Part shown: positions 62,812-64,000 of the stretch, piece by piece
Numbering within the stretch: position 1 is the first letter of the stretch
How the letters are laid out: each line of letters begins with the position of its first letter
Source of the DNA: Paragordius varius
Taxonomy: Eukaryota > Animalia > Nematomorpha
Length of the DNA: 64,000 bases
NCBI GenBank assembly: GCA_964247055.1
Contig: OZ176056.1
Coordinates: 7,068,001-7,132,000, forward strand
Direction: 5' to 3'
Made by a program: the position numbers and the translations under genes
The notes under the pieces: model-generated
Seen by the model: the letters and a program-made list of their open reading frames with translations, nothing else
Database searches by the model: none
Told to the model about the DNA's origin: nothing

Positions 62812-62907
62812 AGTATATACAACAAAGGGCAGTATTATTGCCTTATATTTATTTTTTTCACTTTTTACTATTAATAGCTAATAATACTGCCCTATGTTGT
62901 ATATGCT
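62812..62907. repeat. Short inverted repeat / hairpin
   Basis: ATATACAACAAAGGGCAGTATTATT (62815-62839) pairs 24/25 with AATAATACTGCCCTATGTTGTATAT (62880-62904); 40-nt AT-rich loop. Confidence 0.85.
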
Positions 62908-63879
62908 GTTTGGCAAGAATTAACAACTTTCTATCAATGTATACTTATTCAAACTGTATATATTTTATAGAATTGAAATTATACAGGCATAAAAATATAA
63001 AGACAAAATTTTTTTCAAAAATCAGCCATACTTAATTAAACCTTGATTTTTCTATATTAATTCTACATTTTACAATTTTAAAATATGTGATTGATTGTAC
63101 CAATATACATCTTATTTCATATTTTGCAATTTTAGACAATGATTTTTTTAAAAAAAATCAAGTAACATATTACGTTTTGTCCGTTATATATTTATATATA
63201 TATTGTAAATAAATAATGGTTTGATTATATCACTAACCTTGTGCGCAAAAAACGCAGTTTCTATAACTATATCTCATTCTTAAAGGACATTTTGCAGGGA
63301 AGGATGGACAACCGAAATATAAAAATATATACTTTTAATACAATTAATTACCAATTAATACTTTGTTTTTTACCGTTGTGTAAAATTTAGGAATTTCCCA
63401 TTACAAATATTTTAATAGAAAATGTGTATAACTTTCTTACTTGTTGTAGTTTCTAAACCAAAAGCATTGAGTACTATTGCATTTATAGATAATTATCTGC
63501 GTTTATAAGCTCAATTTGATCAAAACGTTAAATAATATCTTAATTAAGCATTTGAAATCAATATCATGGCCAATGTATAAAGCAGATACATGCAGTTCAC
63601 ATGAAAGGACAAGGTGTTAACTGAAATTAAACATAAAGATGGATAATTACCTAAATTACATAAAATTTATCACACCACAATTATAATATTTAATTAAAAA
63701 ACTAATTTTTTTAGCGTTTTCCAGTTTTAATTAACGATTTATCCTGCGTTTGCGTCAGTGGCCATGTTTTACTTCTATGTCAAAACACCCAAATAGCTGC
63801 TTTGTGTATTCCTCCTCCCTTTGTTCTCAAAATACTTTAGGTTTTTTAAAGTTAGATATTGTGTATACCATTTATCATG

Positions 63880-64000
63880 CAAAAACATATTTTTTTCAAC
63901 TGCTACATTTTTCAACCAAACCCAACATTTTTTCAAGCAACAAATATTTTTCAAGAAAACGCAACATTTTTTCAAGCAAAACAACATTCTTTCAACCAAA
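63880..64000. repeat. Degenerate ~19-21-bp tandem repeat running off the right edge
   Basis: At least 6 units resembling CAACATTTTTTCAAGCAAAA. Confidence 0.75.

Overview
AT-rich eukaryotic DNA with short GT-AG introns, most consistent with a protostome invertebrate; the species cannot be determined from sequence alone. No bacterial or phage system and no CRISPR array was found. Host genes reconstructed by hand from splice sites and reading-frame phase: (1) the 5' part of an M13/neprilysin peptidase (minus strand, runs off the left edge); (2) a 19-exon bestrophin (minus, 25804->8952) whose exons join in one frame to about 1757 aa, with a ~1390-aa low-complexity tail; (3) a Maf-type bZIP factor (minus, 36309->33763) with a non-canonical basic region; (4) a decayed mitoribosomal mL65/MRPS30-like gene (plus, ~46660-62240) split in its first recognisable coding exon by an 11.8-kb nested transposon stack. 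That stack is a Mag-type Ty3/gypsy element carrying two hAT transposons and a CACTA-ended MITE. One of the hATs holds a palindromic Penelope-like element with a degenerate minimal hammerhead ribozyme. Target-site duplications are readable at every level. The rest is a second gypsy copy, a mariner relic, several MITE families and (TA)n microsatellites. All homology calls come from recalled family motifs, not database searches.
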